DNA of 45,153 nucleotides from a virus (lineage: Duplodnaviria; Caudoviricetes): IMG/VR virus record IMGVR_UViG_3300037851_000618, positions 1 through 45,153 of that record; one strand, 5' to 3'. A model generated the notes under the pieces. The model was not told the origin of the DNA, did not search any database, and was given only the letters and a program-made list of their open reading frames with translations. Of the stretch, positions 18,975 to 28,516 are shown piece by piece. The translations under genes and the position numbers were made by a program. The number at the start of each line of letters is the position of its first letter. Position 1 is the stretch's first letter.

Positions 18975-20303
18975 TCATTTACCGAATCGCTTTTGTATCT
19001 GCGATTTAATTGAAAAGTCACTTTCGTTTATAGGCTTTTCAAATTTGTCTTTATCTTCGACAAGGGATTTTATCTCCGGCTGGAAATTCATCAACGCTTC
19101 TTTTACATAGCCTTTAAATTCTTCAGCTAGTTTCTTATCATGTTCCATCGAAGTAATTTTTTCCAATTTAGATTTCATCTCCTCGAATTCTGTTTTCGAG
19201 ATTGAGATCATCTCATCAGTATTTTTTATTTCCTCGGATTTTACTTCCTCGGTTTTAACTTCTTCGGACTTGACCTCGTCTATCTTTTCTTCGATTTGTT
19301 CTGTCATACGTTCACCTTCCGAAATTTCTGATTTGCCCTGTTCCATTTTTTCCAATTTATCATAGTAAATCGGGTCTTCTTTGATATGGGCAAGGGCAAT
19401 CTTCAGTATAAGCTCGTCATCACCATTGGTTACATCCATGTGCTCCTTTTTCTCCACCATGTAACCTTTATGGAGTTGGTGTATGTCACCAGAGAAGCCT
19501 AATTGAGATGCAATTACTTCTAGTTTTTCTTCATCGGACATTTCACCAGTTTCTATCTCACCATCAAGTTTGAATTGATTGTCATTGACAGACTTCCATT
19601 CGTCATACATTTGCTGTGATTTTACAAAGAAGTCCAAAATCTTGGCTGCCTTATTTATTGGTCGTCCTGTAAAAGTAACACCCTTTAGAAGTATTTTATT
19701 GAGCAGGCGAACAGATTTTCCTGCTATATTTTTAAATTCAAAATCCACAGGCTTATATTCTATGGAAGTAGCATCAAGAAAACCATCCTTAATGCTACCC
19801 CATAGATTTTCAAAATTGGGGTGGTGTTTATTGAGCATAGCTGTTGCTTTAATACGAGATTTTCCATCTTCTTTAGTTTTTTGGACTTCGATAATCTTTG
19901 CATGAGGTAAAAGTCTTTTATCCCCTGCAACATAAACATCATGTTCTAAGCCCATCTTTACCATGACCGGAGCATCTTTCAGCTGTCCTATAATATCCTG
20001 TTGGCACGACTCCGTAACAAGATCATTAACGTCATCTATGTCATCAGTAGTTAGATAGAAATTTACAAAATGGTTTCCGTCTTCAGATTTAAGATATGTC
20101 ATCTCATCAGAAACAACAGAAATGGATTGAGCAAATTCACTAAAATCGGTTTTTTTATCTTCCTGTTTTCTCATTATAGTAGCACATATTTTTTGAGCAG
20201 ACTCTTTATTATACATTTCTTCGGTTTTAGGGTTCTTCTTGTTTTGAAAATGTCCTACACATTCATCAAAATGACCAGATTTACCATCGAATTTAAAAGG
20301 CAT
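18975..20303 (-). CDS. Prohead protease fused to a DUF5661-like domain and scaffold-like coiled coil
   Basis: 'DIDDVNDLV', 'EH', 'WGSIKDGFLDATSIEY' and 'GVTFTGRPINKAA' HK97 protease motifs; 'EH...KIALAHIKEDPIYYDKL'; acidic EVKSEE repeats. Confidence 0.85.
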   Translation of the reverse strand: MPFKFDGKSGHFDECVGHFQNKKNPKTEEMYNKESAQKICATIMRKQEDKKTDFSEFAQSISVVSDEMTYLKSEDGNHFVNFYLTTDDIDDVNDLVTESCQQDIIGQLKDAPVMVKMGLEHDVYVAGDKRLLPHAKIIEVQKTKEDGKSRIKATAMLNKHHPNFENLWGSIKDGFLDATSIEYKPVDFEFKNIAGKSVRLLNKILLKGVTFTGRPINKAAKILDFFVKSQQMYDEWKSVNDNQFKLDGEIETGEMSDEEKLEVIASQLGFSGDIHQLHKGYMVEKKEHMDVTNGDDELILKIALAHIKEDPIYYDKLEKMEQGKSEISEGERMTEQIEEKIDEVKSEEVKTEEVKSEEIKNTDEMISISKTEFEEMKSKLEKITSMEHDKKLAEEFKGYVKEALMNFQPEIKSLVEDKDKFEKPINESDFSIKSQIQKRFGK

Positions 20304-20348
20304 AGCTAATTGCTCCTAATCTACTTATAATATGTTATATGAGAAGCA

Positions 20349-20358
20349 GTATTTAAAG
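20349..20358 (-). promoter_or_regulatory. Putative late-arm TATA box CTTTAAATAC
   Basis: In the portal-protease gap; recurring motif. Confidence 0.6.
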
Positions 20359-20363
20359 AAAAA

Positions 20364-21788
20364 TTAAACCTTTTCTAATTGTGTTTGCTTTCTTTTTTTA
20401 TTATTTTCTACCTTATTTTCTGGTGACATCATAGAAGGATTATTCATTTGTCCTTGCCTGTCGTTTGGAAATTGTGAATTCTCTAAAATCTTATCCTGAA
20501 CTTCATCTTCATTTAGTCCGATTTCCCTTAAAAGTGCTTCCTCAGTCATCGCTTTTCCATAACCCTGCAAAAGTGCTTGTTTCTTAGAAGCTGTATCGGC
20601 AGCAAACATGCTTATCTGTGCTTCTCTTATTTCGTCCTGCTTGTATGTTCTGTTAAATCGTAGATCGACACCGAATTCACTGAGCAAATTCTCGTTTATT
20701 AAATCCTCGAATAAATCTTGATAGTGAGAAATTTTCCTGTAGTACCCTTCCAGAGAAGTGTCCGAACCTTTTATGCCTTTGGTCTGTAAAAAGTCTGATA
20801 AACGTGAAGATGGTATTCCCCACGCCATTACTATTGTCTGGGCTGTAAATCTAGCCAAGTCAGAAAATTGCATATCCTTTACATTATTTAACTCCTTCAC
20901 ATCGACCTTGCCTGTTAATATCATGGATTTCCATTTCTGCTGGATTTGCATATAAATCTGCAACTGTTTTTTGAATAATTTAACAGTAGGGGAATCCGGA
21001 GTTTCCTCTGGTAGTATAAACATATATGGTGGTACTCCACCCTTTTCAAACAGGTTTTTCTCGTAATCCTTTACGTTATAGAGTATATCCAATTCTCTGA
21101 ATAAAGCTGATAGTGGTGTGAAGCCATAAACTTGACCATCTATAATTGTTGGTGCGAAATGCACTACTTCCCATGGTTCTAATTCAACTATTCTCGAACC
21201 AACTCTCTGTACATATTTTAGAATGCTTCCATGCCTGTCATAACGAATCTTTATTGTAGAACTAGGTAGCAATCTAACATTTCGTGTCTGATAAAGAGAA
21301 TCACCTTCAGCTTTCAGTTCTTCTTCAATACTTGAAATAAGATATTCAGAAGCATAACTTTTTACCTCGAAGGGTAACTTTTTGATTATGGAATTTAACA
21401 TAGTTTTAATTTGTTCTTTGGAAGCCTTTACTTTGTATAAATAACCATCACCAGTTACAAGTGTATCAAATAAGAATGAAGTGAATAATTGTTTAGCCAA
21501 ATTTCGTGAGAGAAAAGCATTTGCCTTATTTATTTTTTGTTTTCCTGATCCCTTTTCTCTTGGTTGTAAATACCAACCATCAGAAAGAATATCCTCCACA
21601 ATAGCTGTTACACAGGCGACAACTTCAGGAGATTTTTTGAAATATGACCAAAGAGTTACATGGTCTGTTGGTGGAACTATACCAAAAGGTTGAGGAAAGA
21701 AAGCAACTGTATCATTAACGAGGTTTTCCGTTTCATTGGCAATCTTAATGCTCTCATTATATTTGCTATCTAAATAAATCATGACCAT
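20364..21788 (-). CDS. Portal protein (HK97 family)
   Basis: 'PEVVACV..I', 'TGDGYL', 'EVVHF', 'YGFTPL', 'FEKGGVP', 'DMQF' and 'AWGIP' portal motifs. Confidence 0.92.
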   Translation of the reverse strand: MVMIYLDSKYNESIKIANETENLVNDTVAFFPQPFGIVPPTDHVTLWSYFKKSPEVVACVTAIVEDILSDGWYLQPREKGSGKQKINKANAFLSRNLAKQLFTSFLFDTLVTGDGYLYKVKASKEQIKTMLNSIIKKLPFEVKSYASEYLISSIEEELKAEGDSLYQTRNVRLLPSSTIKIRYDRHGSILKYVQRVGSRIVELEPWEVVHFAPTIIDGQVYGFTPLSALFRELDILYNVKDYEKNLFEKGGVPPYMFILPEETPDSPTVKLFKKQLQIYMQIQQKWKSMILTGKVDVKELNNVKDMQFSDLARFTAQTIVMAWGIPSSRLSDFLQTKGIKGSDTSLEGYYRKISHYQDLFEDLINENLLSEFGVDLRFNRTYKQDEIREAQISMFAADTASKKQALLQGYGKAMTEEALLREIGLNEDEVQDKILENSQFPNDRQGQMNNPSMMSPENKVENNKKRKQTQLEKV

Positions 21789-21820
21789 ATAGCTACCTCT
21801 TTTATTATTATCTCAATCCT

Positions 21821-21934
21821 CTATTTAAAGCATTTTGTACCGCATATTGGACAAAATAGCTCTTTTTTCTCATGACACTTGTCAAATTTCCCTCTCTTCC
21901 GTTTCAAAGCATAACCGCATACTATACATGGCAT
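21821..21934 (-). CDS. 37-aa zinc-ribbon microprotein (CIVC...CPIC)
   Basis: Read manually: MPCIVCGYALKRKRGKFDKCHEKKELFCPICGTKCFK; TAATG overlap with the terL stop. Confidence 0.6.
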   Translation of the reverse strand: MPCIVCGYALKRKRGKFDKCHEKKELFCPICGTKCFK

Positions 21935-23496
21935 TATAAATTACTGAATTCTGTATTACATACATCACAAAACCAACTCTTTTCATTTTGTGCCAAATCA
22001 GAACCACAATAGGGGCATGGTCTGACTTTCTCAAATTTGTCATCATACTCCATTGGTTCATTTTCCATCAAAGTTGAAAAACCAGCATTACCGCTACCAG
22101 AACTTAGGGCAGCTTCTATGGCTAGACCAAGAGCTATAACAGTATCATCATGACCACCCAGAGCTTCGTAGGTTGTCTTGCCGGATTTATCTTTTTTAAT
22201 ACCGAAGTTTCTTAATTCAGAAACTCTAACAGGGTTGTCAAGTATTTTTAATTGCTTTGAGGAAAGGGTAGTTTCTATCCAGCTTATCAATAATTCTTTA
22301 CCCTTACGACTTGTATCGAAACCTTCCGTAATCATTTTCAATTCAGGATGATTCAGCATATCCTTGACCATACCAAGACTTAGACCTCTTGATTCAATTA
22401 AAATTTTTCTGAAGTTGAAAGCACTATTTAATTGCTCAATTCTTTTAATCTGCCAGCTTGTGCCTTTACCTTGATAACGTTCTACTTTGACTTCCTGAAT
22501 ATGTTTCTCCTTATCCATCTCCAAAACAACATAACTAGACCAGTCAGCAGTGTTGTTTTCTGAAATAGCAATATCACAACCACAATAATAATAGTATCCC
22601 TGCCGAGCATGATTCAATTCCATAGTATGTCTATTCTTCAACATCTCCTCAGTAAAGATGGAACTGCCTCCTGCGTGAGGGTTGCACATATATTCTCTGT
22701 CAAACCTCAAACCACCAATTAATCCTCTCATAGCTCGCAATTCATCAAGATTGAAATTCTCCTTCCATAATGGCTCTACCCAATTTCCTGTCTTATCAGT
22801 TATAACTGCTTCGTGTTTTGAAATTATAGGTAACAAACCAGATTTCAAACATAAATTATGAAGCTCATAGAGGGCATCTCCTTCTTTGGCTGTAGCTAAA
22901 TTGGATAAATCAGATAGAAGATCATCGGTAGTCATGGGCGTTCCGACAACAATCAACTGAGCCTTCCTCGTGTTAATCGTTGGAAATATCAAGGACCAGA
23001 AAGCATCTTTAGCCTGTTCCTGTGTAATATCTTCATTACGAAGTATATCATCGCATATATATATATCAGGATGTGTTCCTCTAATAGTTTCATTGAATGG
23101 TTTTATGAAATACCTATTTCCATTGGTGGTATTAATCTGTGATTTATTCCACGTTTCAGATGTGGTTTGGGGTTTCAACCATTTTAATTTTGGATTGGTT
23201 TCTATGGTATTTTGTATTAGCTCCATAAATTTCCAACTCTGATCCAAAGCACTACTTGTAAGACATATATCAAGATTAGAGAATGAGTAAAGATTATAGA
23301 TAGCCCAGTCGTGAGTTAATATCGTAGTTTTGAGATGACCTCTGGGCCATATAAAAACAGGAAACCTGTGACGTAGATTTTTAATATCATCACGATGCCA
23401 TGAAGACAGTTTTCGATTCATTATGGTATCTTCAAATTCTACAAAACTTAGTGGTTTAAAGTCCTGCGATCTCTGGTCTTCGTTTGATTCGTTCAT
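21934..23496 (-). CDS. terL: Terminase large subunit with C-terminal Zn ribbon
   Basis: Walker A-like PRGHLKTT, 'IRG', Walker B YICDD, VVGTP, 'FDREYMCNP', nuclease GCD and HDDTVIA; C-terminal CPYC...CDVC. Confidence 0.93.
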   Translation of the reverse strand: MNESNEDQRSQDFKPLSFVEFEDTIMNRKLSSWHRDDIKNLRHRFPVFIWPRGHLKTTILTHDWAIYNLYSFSNLDICLTSSALDQSWKFMELIQNTIETNPKLKWLKPQTTSETWNKSQINTTNGNRYFIKPFNETIRGTHPDIYICDDILRNEDITQEQAKDAFWSLIFPTINTRKAQLIVVGTPMTTDDLLSDLSNLATAKEGDALYELHNLCLKSGLLPIISKHEAVITDKTGNWVEPLWKENFNLDELRAMRGLIGGLRFDREYMCNPHAGGSSIFTEEMLKNRHTMELNHARQGYYYYCGCDIAISENNTADWSSYVVLEMDKEKHIQEVKVERYQGKGTSWQIKRIEQLNSAFNFRKILIESRGLSLGMVKDMLNHPELKMITEGFDTSRKGKELLISWIETTLSSKQLKILDNPVRVSELRNFGIKKDKSGKTTYEALGGHDDTVIALGLAIEAALSSGSGNAGFSTLMENEPMEYDDKFEKVRPCPYCGSDLAQNEKSWFCDVCNTEFSNL

Positions 23497-24028
23497 AGGT
23501 TGCCTTCAGCTCCTCATCAAGAATTTTAACCTTACCGGCTTCCACAAGTTCTATTAACATTTTATAAAATGCTGAATTGACCTGTGTTACGTTCATTGTT
23601 TTGTTTTCAGTGATATAAGTATTGCCTGAACCCTGTTTTAGTTCTCCTGTTAGTTTGGCAAAATCCATCACCATTTTATTCAGAGTAGCCTGTGCTTTTA
23701 GGAACAAATCTATATTCATTTTCAGTTCTCTTTTGTTCTCAGTTTCTAAATCTAGCTTTTCCATCACAGCCTTTACCTGTTCTACCTGCTTGTATAGTTC
23801 GGTAAGAGAATCCATGAACATTAAACTAATTGAAGTGCCCTGATAATCAACTGCCTTCTCCTTAGCCTTCTTTATGAAATCTATGATATTATCTATAGTT
23901 ACACCATCGTAACCCAATTTTTTAAGTTCATTATATATTTGTTTTATAGTCATACCTTTCTTTAGGTATAACTCTATAATTATATCTGCTATACTGTTAA
24001 TATCTTCGACATAAATTGTTTCACTCAT
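23456..24028 (-). CDS. Putative terminase small subunit
   Basis: Directly upstream of terL; N-terminal HTH-like 'LYLKKGMTIKQIYNEL' and helical oligomerisation region. Confidence 0.65.
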   Translation of the reverse strand: MSETIYVEDINSIADIIIELYLKKGMTIKQIYNELKKLGYDGVTIDNIIDFIKKAKEKAVDYQGTSISLMFMDSLTELYKQVEQVKAVMEKLDLETENKRELKMNIDLFLKAQATLNKMVMDFAKLTGELKQGSGNTYITENKTMNVTQVNSAFYKMLIELVEAGKVKILDEELKATYERIKRRPEIAGL

Positions 24029-24227
24029 ATTTAGCCTTCCTTATTTCTTCTGCGACTATCTGTCTTATCCTATAATAGTCCACAGGGTCTTTTTTAGTTA
24101 CGTTATCTATTTTCATTAATTGCCTTATATATCTTGTTCTTCTCATCTTCGGTATGGATTTCCATATCCTCATACTTTCTTCATCTAAATTAAGGCTTAT
24201 AAGGTATTTATCCATTATACTCACCAA
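24021..24227 (-). CDS. Small DNA-binding (RHH-like) protein
   Basis: 'ISLNLDEESMRIW...RTRYIRQL' ribbon-helix-helix-like pattern. Confidence 0.45.
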   Translation of the reverse strand: MVSIMDKYLISLNLDEESMRIWKSIPKMRRTRYIRQLMKIDNVTKKDPVDYYRIRQIVAEEIRKAKYE

Positions 24228-24230
24228 AAT

Positions 24231-24437
24231 TTAAAGTTTTGATACCTTTTCTGCCATAATCTTTGAAAAGGTGGCAGAATCTATGTAAATGTCCACATCT
24301 ACTCCAACCAATTCTTTAGGTAGATATATAATACCTATATTTGTTCCCTTGCTTATCTTTTTCTTAATTACGATTTTCGTGTTTGTTTCTGAAGCCACAT
24401 CTTCTGCAGTGACTATATGCATGTCTTCCATCTTCAC
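24231..24437 (-). CDS. DUF2080/AbrB-like small DNA-binding protein
   Basis: 'KKISKGTNIGIIYLPKELVGVDVDI' matches the archaeal DUF2080 pattern. Confidence 0.6.
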   Translation of the reverse strand: MKMEDMHIVTAEDVASETNTKIVIKKKISKGTNIGIIYLPKELVGVDVDIYIDSATFSKIMAEKVSKL

Positions 24438-24469
24438 CCACCACCATTTTTCTCTTACAATTTGGACAA

Positions 24470-24691
24470 TTAATCAATGTAGTCCAGCTCCTCTTTAATC
24501 TGCTTGGCTTCCCTTATAGATTCCTGCTCAATCTGTTTTAGCTCTTTTCCAAGTACCCATTTTAAAGCCGATAGGAAACCCTCATTAACCAAATAGCCTT
24601 TCGGATCACCAGCTTGAAGTTGTTGGGCGTAAATTATTCTTTGCTTTTCTGACATCTTGACCGTCTTCTCGATTTCATTTCTAGTTCTCAT
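24470..24691 (-). CDS. Hypothetical protein
   Basis: GAGGAGG RBS; 'ALKWVLG' motif. Confidence 0.65.
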   Translation of the reverse strand: MRTRNEIEKTVKMSEKQRIIYAQQLQAGDPKGYLVNEGFLSALKWVLGKELKQIEQESIREAKQIKEELDYID

Positions 24692-24783
24692 TTTTTCTTC
24701 CTCCTCTTAGAAGCTAAAACACCCAAAACTAAAGTAAATACTATACCGGCTATAAAATATACGACCGGATCAGGGATTATCAT
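24688..24783 (-). CDS. 31-aa single-TM microprotein
   Basis: Read manually: MIIPDPVVYFIAGIVFTLVLGVLASKRRKKK; ATGA overlaps on both sides. Confidence 0.55.
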   Translation of the reverse strand: MIIPDPVVYFIAGIVFTLVLGVLASKRRKKK

Positions 24784-25028
24784 TTTTTCACCGTTTTAAG
24801 CTCGAAAACCATTGTTTCGTCTGCTTTTATTGAATCTTGAGGAACATAGCGGAATAGTACATAGTCTGGCGATTTTTCTCCTTTCTTGAATTTGTCTTTG
24901 GACATAACCAAGAGGATAGGCTTTTCCCCATTAAGTGAGATGCCTATATTTCCATTTGGCTTAATCCAACCTGCTCCCATCTTTATCATTCGGTCTTTTT
25001 CCATTCTCTCATCTCCTTGTTTATACAA
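24780..25028 (-). CDS. Small beta protein, possible SSB-like
   Basis: 'GAGW...KKGEKSPDYVL' resembles the DUF736-like pattern. Confidence 0.45.
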   Translation of the reverse strand: MYKQGDERMEKDRMIKMGAGWIKPNGNIGISLNGEKPILLVMSKDKFKKGEKSPDYVLFRYVPQDSIKADETMVFELKTVKK

Positions 25029-25198
25029 CTAACTTTAATATCACTGTTTATTACAATAAATCTAGCATTCGCGTCTTCTTCAATTTCTTTAAAGCCCTTA
25101 GCCAATGCAATAGCTTCCGCTTTCGTAGTTCCTGCCGGAATAGTGACTACGAATACTTCCTTTTTGCGTTTTAAAATTTTTTTTAGTTTGTTTAACAT
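24986..25198 (-). CDS. Hypothetical protein
   Basis: GGTGA RBS; part of the operon. Confidence 0.55.
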   Translation of the reverse strand: MLNKLKKILKRKKEVFVVTIPAGTTKAEAIALAKGFKEIEEDANARFIVINSDIKVSCINKEMREWKKTE

Positions 25199-25320
25199 TT
25201 CTTCACCCGATACGCCTTACAGGAACAGATGTTACAGTCATAGTATGCTTTCGGTATGCCGAGTGTTCTGCTTCCATACTTGTTGTGTTCTAACCTGTCA
25301 TGACCGCAGTGACACTTCAT
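25192..25320 (-). CDS. 42-aa Cys/His microprotein (family copy 1)
   Basis: MKCHCGHDRLEHNKYGSRTLGIPKAYYDCNICSCKAYRVKKC; GAGGTGA RBS; paralog of 36659..36811. Confidence 0.7.
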   Translation of the reverse strand: MKCHCGHDRLEHNKYGSRTLGIPKAYYDCNICSCKAYRVKKC

Positions 25321-25466
25321 ACTTTCACCTCATCTCTAAAGGTGGCGGTGAAGCCACAAGCCTGACAAGAGTACATATTAATGTACCCCACGTCTAAATT
25401 GAAATGTTCCGCCACTTCAATCATTCGTCCTTTACAAAAAGGACATACTAAATCAAATTTTCTCAT
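25317..25466 (-). CDS. 49-aa zinc-ribbon microprotein (CPFC...CQAC)
   Basis: Read manually; ATGA-coupled to the next gene. Confidence 0.6.
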   Translation of the reverse strand: MRKFDLVCPFCKGRMIEVAEHFNLDVGYINMYSCQACGFTATFRDEVKV

Positions 25467-25611
25467 AGGGTAACACCGGAACTGCGGTATCGTTTATAAA
25501 GGGGTACACTTTTTTGTACTTATTATAATGCTTCATGCACAGGAATCGTTGGTGCTTGGACAGATCGTAATACATTATGCCTGCCACACGCTTACAACGT
25601 AAACACCGCAT
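25453..25611 (-). CDS. 52-aa Cys-containing protein, first gene of the late arm
   Basis: MRCLRCKR...LCMKH; TTTATATA box 30 nt upstream (leaderless). Confidence 0.5.
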   Translation of the reverse strand: MRCLRCKRVAGIMYYDLSKHQRFLCMKHYNKYKKVYPFINDTAVPVLPYEKI

Positions 25612-25631
25612 ACGTTTTATTATATCTTGGA

Positions 25632-25646
25632 TATATATAAAGATTT
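25632..25646 (-). promoter_or_regulatory. Archaeal BRE/TATA promoter AAATCTTTATATATA
   Basis: Identical 15-mer at 25808-25822 (-) and 36173-36187 (+); two of the three lie ~30 nt before an ATG. Confidence 0.65.
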
Positions 25647-26090
25647 ATATGCTCGGACATATACATTATTATATGTAATTGTATAGGAAAAATTTATATA
25701 AAAAAATATATATAAAATAGAGAGAGTGGATAGTTCTAACCCTGCCTCTCGTGTTTTTCACTACTACCCCGTTATATATGTTATAAAATATATGTTACAT
25801 AATGGATTATATATAAAGATTTCTATACTATATACTATAATATGTCTTTATATACCTACTAAAGTAAGTAAGTAATAGAGTAAGGAAATAAGATGATTAT
25901 GTTGTAATGGCATAATATCAAACACAACAAACAAAAATAAACTTAATGACCAAGAGTATAGCGATATACTGAATACCAAAGGGGAAATACAGCGAGGGTA
26001 TATTTTTGTTGTGCCTGAATTTTACCTTTTTATTTATATTTAGTCTATATGTAAACTATATGTAGACGTATAAAATAAGATGGTGGTAAT

Positions 26091-26258
26091 ATGGTAATAA
26101 AATATAGTATAACTGTATATACAAACGAAAACGGACAGCGTATAAATACATATTATACGCATACTAAAAAAGAAGCTCTTGCTTTAGCTCAAGAAATACT
26201 TAACGATAGTAAGGCATATATAGAAATAGCCCATATAATAGCTAAAATCAAAGAATAG
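26091..26258 (+). CDS. 55-aa hypothetical early protein
   Basis: GGTGGT RBS; read manually. Confidence 0.55.
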   Translation: MVIKYSITVYTNENGQRINTYYTHTKKEALALAQEILNDSKAYIEIAHIIAKIKE

Positions 26259-26501
26259 ATCTTTACGCTAATGATTATACGATAGTATATGAAGCGTGTA
26301 TATTTATAGTATATTAAAAAGTATGCAAAAACCCCGAGCTATAATTGAATTAAGGCACAAAAGAACGCATTATAAAATGTATTTAATAGCCAATTTGCAC
26401 ATGAATTATGCATTTTATAGAAATATAATAGAATAGATTGAACAGTTGAACAGTTTATTTTTAATATATACAGATGATAGTATAATAAAGAGGTGGTATA
26501 A

Positions 26502-26660
26502 ATGAAAGAAGATGAACTCTTTAAAGCACATATAATACAACTAATTAAAGAACATAAACAACATTGTAATAAGCCTTGTAATATATCTACTTTTTGGTTA
26601 CTCTTATATTTACAGAATAATAGATATACATTTACAGCAGAAGAAAATATTTTCATATAG
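26502..26660 (+). CDS. 52-aa hypothetical early protein
   Basis: GAGGTGG RBS; read manually. Confidence 0.55.
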   Translation: MKEDELFKAHIIQLIKEHKQHCNKPCNISTFWLLLYLQNNRYTFTAEENIFI

Positions 26661-26760
26661 TTATTTTACTTATAATAATCTATATGTTGTAAATAGAATC
26701 AATATAGATACAATATAGATTATAATAAAGAAATATAGATATAAAAAAGAGGTGCTTGAA

Positions 26761-27156
26761 ATGAAATATAAAGAATGGCTTAAGAGTAAAAACATAACCA
26801 TACATACAATACGTTTAAGAGAAGAATTTAAAGAGAATGGCGTTAATTGGTTATATAGAGTTTTAATACAGAGAGTTATAAATTTTGAAACCTTTAAAAT
26901 AAGTTTCCTTTTCCATGACTCTATAAATAACCATAATACGAATAAGAGAGTAACCATAGAGGATATACTATACTGTATAATACAAGATTATCCTAACCCA
27001 GAGAGTTTTAAAGATTTTTGTGCCGAATTTGGATATAATACAGATAGTATAAAAGACTTTAAACTATATAAGTTATGTCTAAAGCAATCCGAGAAGCTAC
27101 ATAAAATATTTACAGAAGAGGAAATAAACGAATTGAATAAAATAATGAATGAGTAA
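26761..27156 (+). CDS. Conserved-looking viral early protein
   Basis: GAGGTG RBS; 'FKDFCAEFGYNTDS' motif recalled from phage early genes. Confidence 0.7.
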   Translation: MKYKEWLKSKNITIHTIRLREEFKENGVNWLYRVLIQRVINFETFKISFLFHDSINNHNTNKRVTIEDILYCIIQDYPNPESFKDFCAEFGYNTDSIKDFKLYKLCLKQSEKLHKIFTEEEINELNKIMNE

Positions 27157-27205
27157 TTTTATTTTTTTATTTTTTACTTATAATAATATATATGTTACAG
27201 CATAT

Positions 27206-27219
27206 AAAAGTATATAAGT
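27206..27219 (+). promoter_or_regulatory. Early BRE/TATA promoter AAAAGTATATAAGT
   Basis: TATA 29 nt before ATG 27240; similar boxes near 32574 and 36130. Confidence 0.55.
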
Positions 27220-27239
27220 AATGTGAGGTAATTAAGATT

Positions 27240-27551
27240 ATGAAATTAACCGATTTTGAAACAAGAGGTAAGACAGCAACCTTATTAACAGCTAAGGTTT
27301 TAAGTATTAAAGATAAACCTAAATATATAATAGAATATACTTATGACTTTAAAGGATTTTATACTAAATCAAAATGGACTAAAAGTTTAATAGCTACATT
27401 TAAGGAAAAACCCAAAGGTTTAACTATATTTCAAGTAAATCTTATAGGTTGTATAGTATTTCTTAATAAATTGCCTACCAATTACGCAAATTACTTTAAA
27501 ACAGAAGTTGGTAAGCAATTTATAGAAAATTTAGAGATAGAGGTGGTATAA
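27240..27551 (+). CDS. Hypothetical protein
   Basis: ORF with GAGGT RBS. Confidence 0.65.
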   Translation: MKLTDFETRGKTATLLTAKVLSIKDKPKYIIEYTYDFKGFYTKSKWTKSLIATFKEKPKGLTIFQVNLIGCIVFLNKLPTNYANYFKTEVGKQFIENLEIEVV

Positions 27552-27769
27552 TGGGATATTATAAAAACTTTATGACAGAGTGGGAGAATGAGATAATCGT
27601 AGATGACTTTAAGGTTATATCTGAAGTAGAACGGATAGTTTCAGATGTAGTTTCAGACATAAATAGTCTATGTGATTCAGATATTAAAAAAGAACACGCT
27701 ATTGAAGATTTCCTTTTTCACATAGACCAAGCTAAAAAGCAATTTTTTAAGGATATGTCAGAAATATAG
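27551..27769 (+). CDS. Small acidic hypothetical protein
   Basis: GAGGTGG RBS; TAATG coupling. Confidence 0.65.
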   Translation: MGYYKNFMTEWENEIIVDDFKVISEVERIVSDVVSDINSLCDSDIKKEHAIEDFLFHIDQAKKQFFKDMSEI

Positions 27770-27777
27770 GCGATACC

Positions 27778-28071
27778 ATGAAATTTATTATAATAGCTAA
27801 GAGATGGTTTGCTAAAACTTACGGAAATACTTATCATAGTGTGAGTATTTATACCGATACTAAAAAAGGTAGCGATTTAGTTTTTTGTAGTGGTGAAACC
27901 TACGGTTATGGTGAAGCATACATGACAACAGCTAAAGATTTTTTAATTAAAAAAGGACATCTTAAAGAAGCCGATAGGCATAACCATGAATTAATAAGAA
28001 AGATGTGTTTTTTTAATGTTTCAGATGTGGAAAGAAGAAAGGATTTAGATTTAGAGAAGGTGAGTATATGA
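27778..28071 (+). CDS. Conserved-looking viral early protein
   Basis: 'RWFAKTYGNTYHS...YGYG...DVERRKDL' pattern. Confidence 0.7.
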   Translation: MKFIIIAKRWFAKTYGNTYHSVSIYTDTKKGSDLVFCSGETYGYGEAYMTTAKDFLIKKGHLKEADRHNHELIRKMCFFNVSDVERRKDLDLEKVSI

Positions 28072-28241
28072 AACATATATGCGTATTTTGTAACGAAGTA
28101 ATAAATAGAATAAATGACGATCCTGAACTAAATTTAATTTGGATAGAATTAGATTTAAAAGGAAATACCGAGCCATGTCATAGAATATGCTATGAAGAAG
28201 CATATAATAAAGCGAGGGATTTTAATGAGAAAATGTTATAA
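28068..28241 (+). CDS. 57-aa Zn-finger protein (CVFC...HRIC)
   Basis: Read manually; AGGTGA RBS; ATGA overlap. Confidence 0.55.
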   Translation: MKHICVFCNEVINRINDDPELNLIWIELDLKGNTEPCHRICYEEAYNKARDFNEKML

Positions 28242-28488
28242 ATGTGGTGGTAGTTTAGATAAGGAAGCCGACTATGTAGATAAGGAAACTATATACTATG
28301 ATGTATGCCCAAATTGTATAGATAAAATAAACCACGATATTAAAATGCTTCAAGATGGAATAAATGCTTTAAAAGAAATTGAATATGAGATATATAAATC
28401 AAATCAAAAGGGTGAAGTAATGGATTTAAATATAGAAAAAGAAGCCACAATAGATACTTTAATAGATATTTTGGAGAGAATGAGATAA
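28225..28488 (+). CDS. Zn-finger (CYKC...CPNC) plus coiled-coil protein
   Basis: Likely start at ATG 28225 after GAGGG. Confidence 0.6.
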   Translation: MRKCYKCGGSLDKEADYVDKETIYYDVCPNCIDKINHDIKMLQDGINALKEIEYEIYKSNQKGEVMDLNIEKEATIDTLIDILERMR

Positions 28489-28516
28489 CTTAATCCTATT
28501 AAGACAAATAAATAAT

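Noticed and set aside
3778-25397. Plus-strand ORFs within the late arm (e.g. 4968..5255, 11880..12116, 19579..19905, 25017..25397)
   Set aside because: Antisense shadows of well-supported minus-strand genes, without RBS or motifs
26339-26957. Minus-strand ORFs 26339..26656 and 26670..26957
   Set aside because: Antisense to RBS-supported plus-strand early genes in AT-rich DNA
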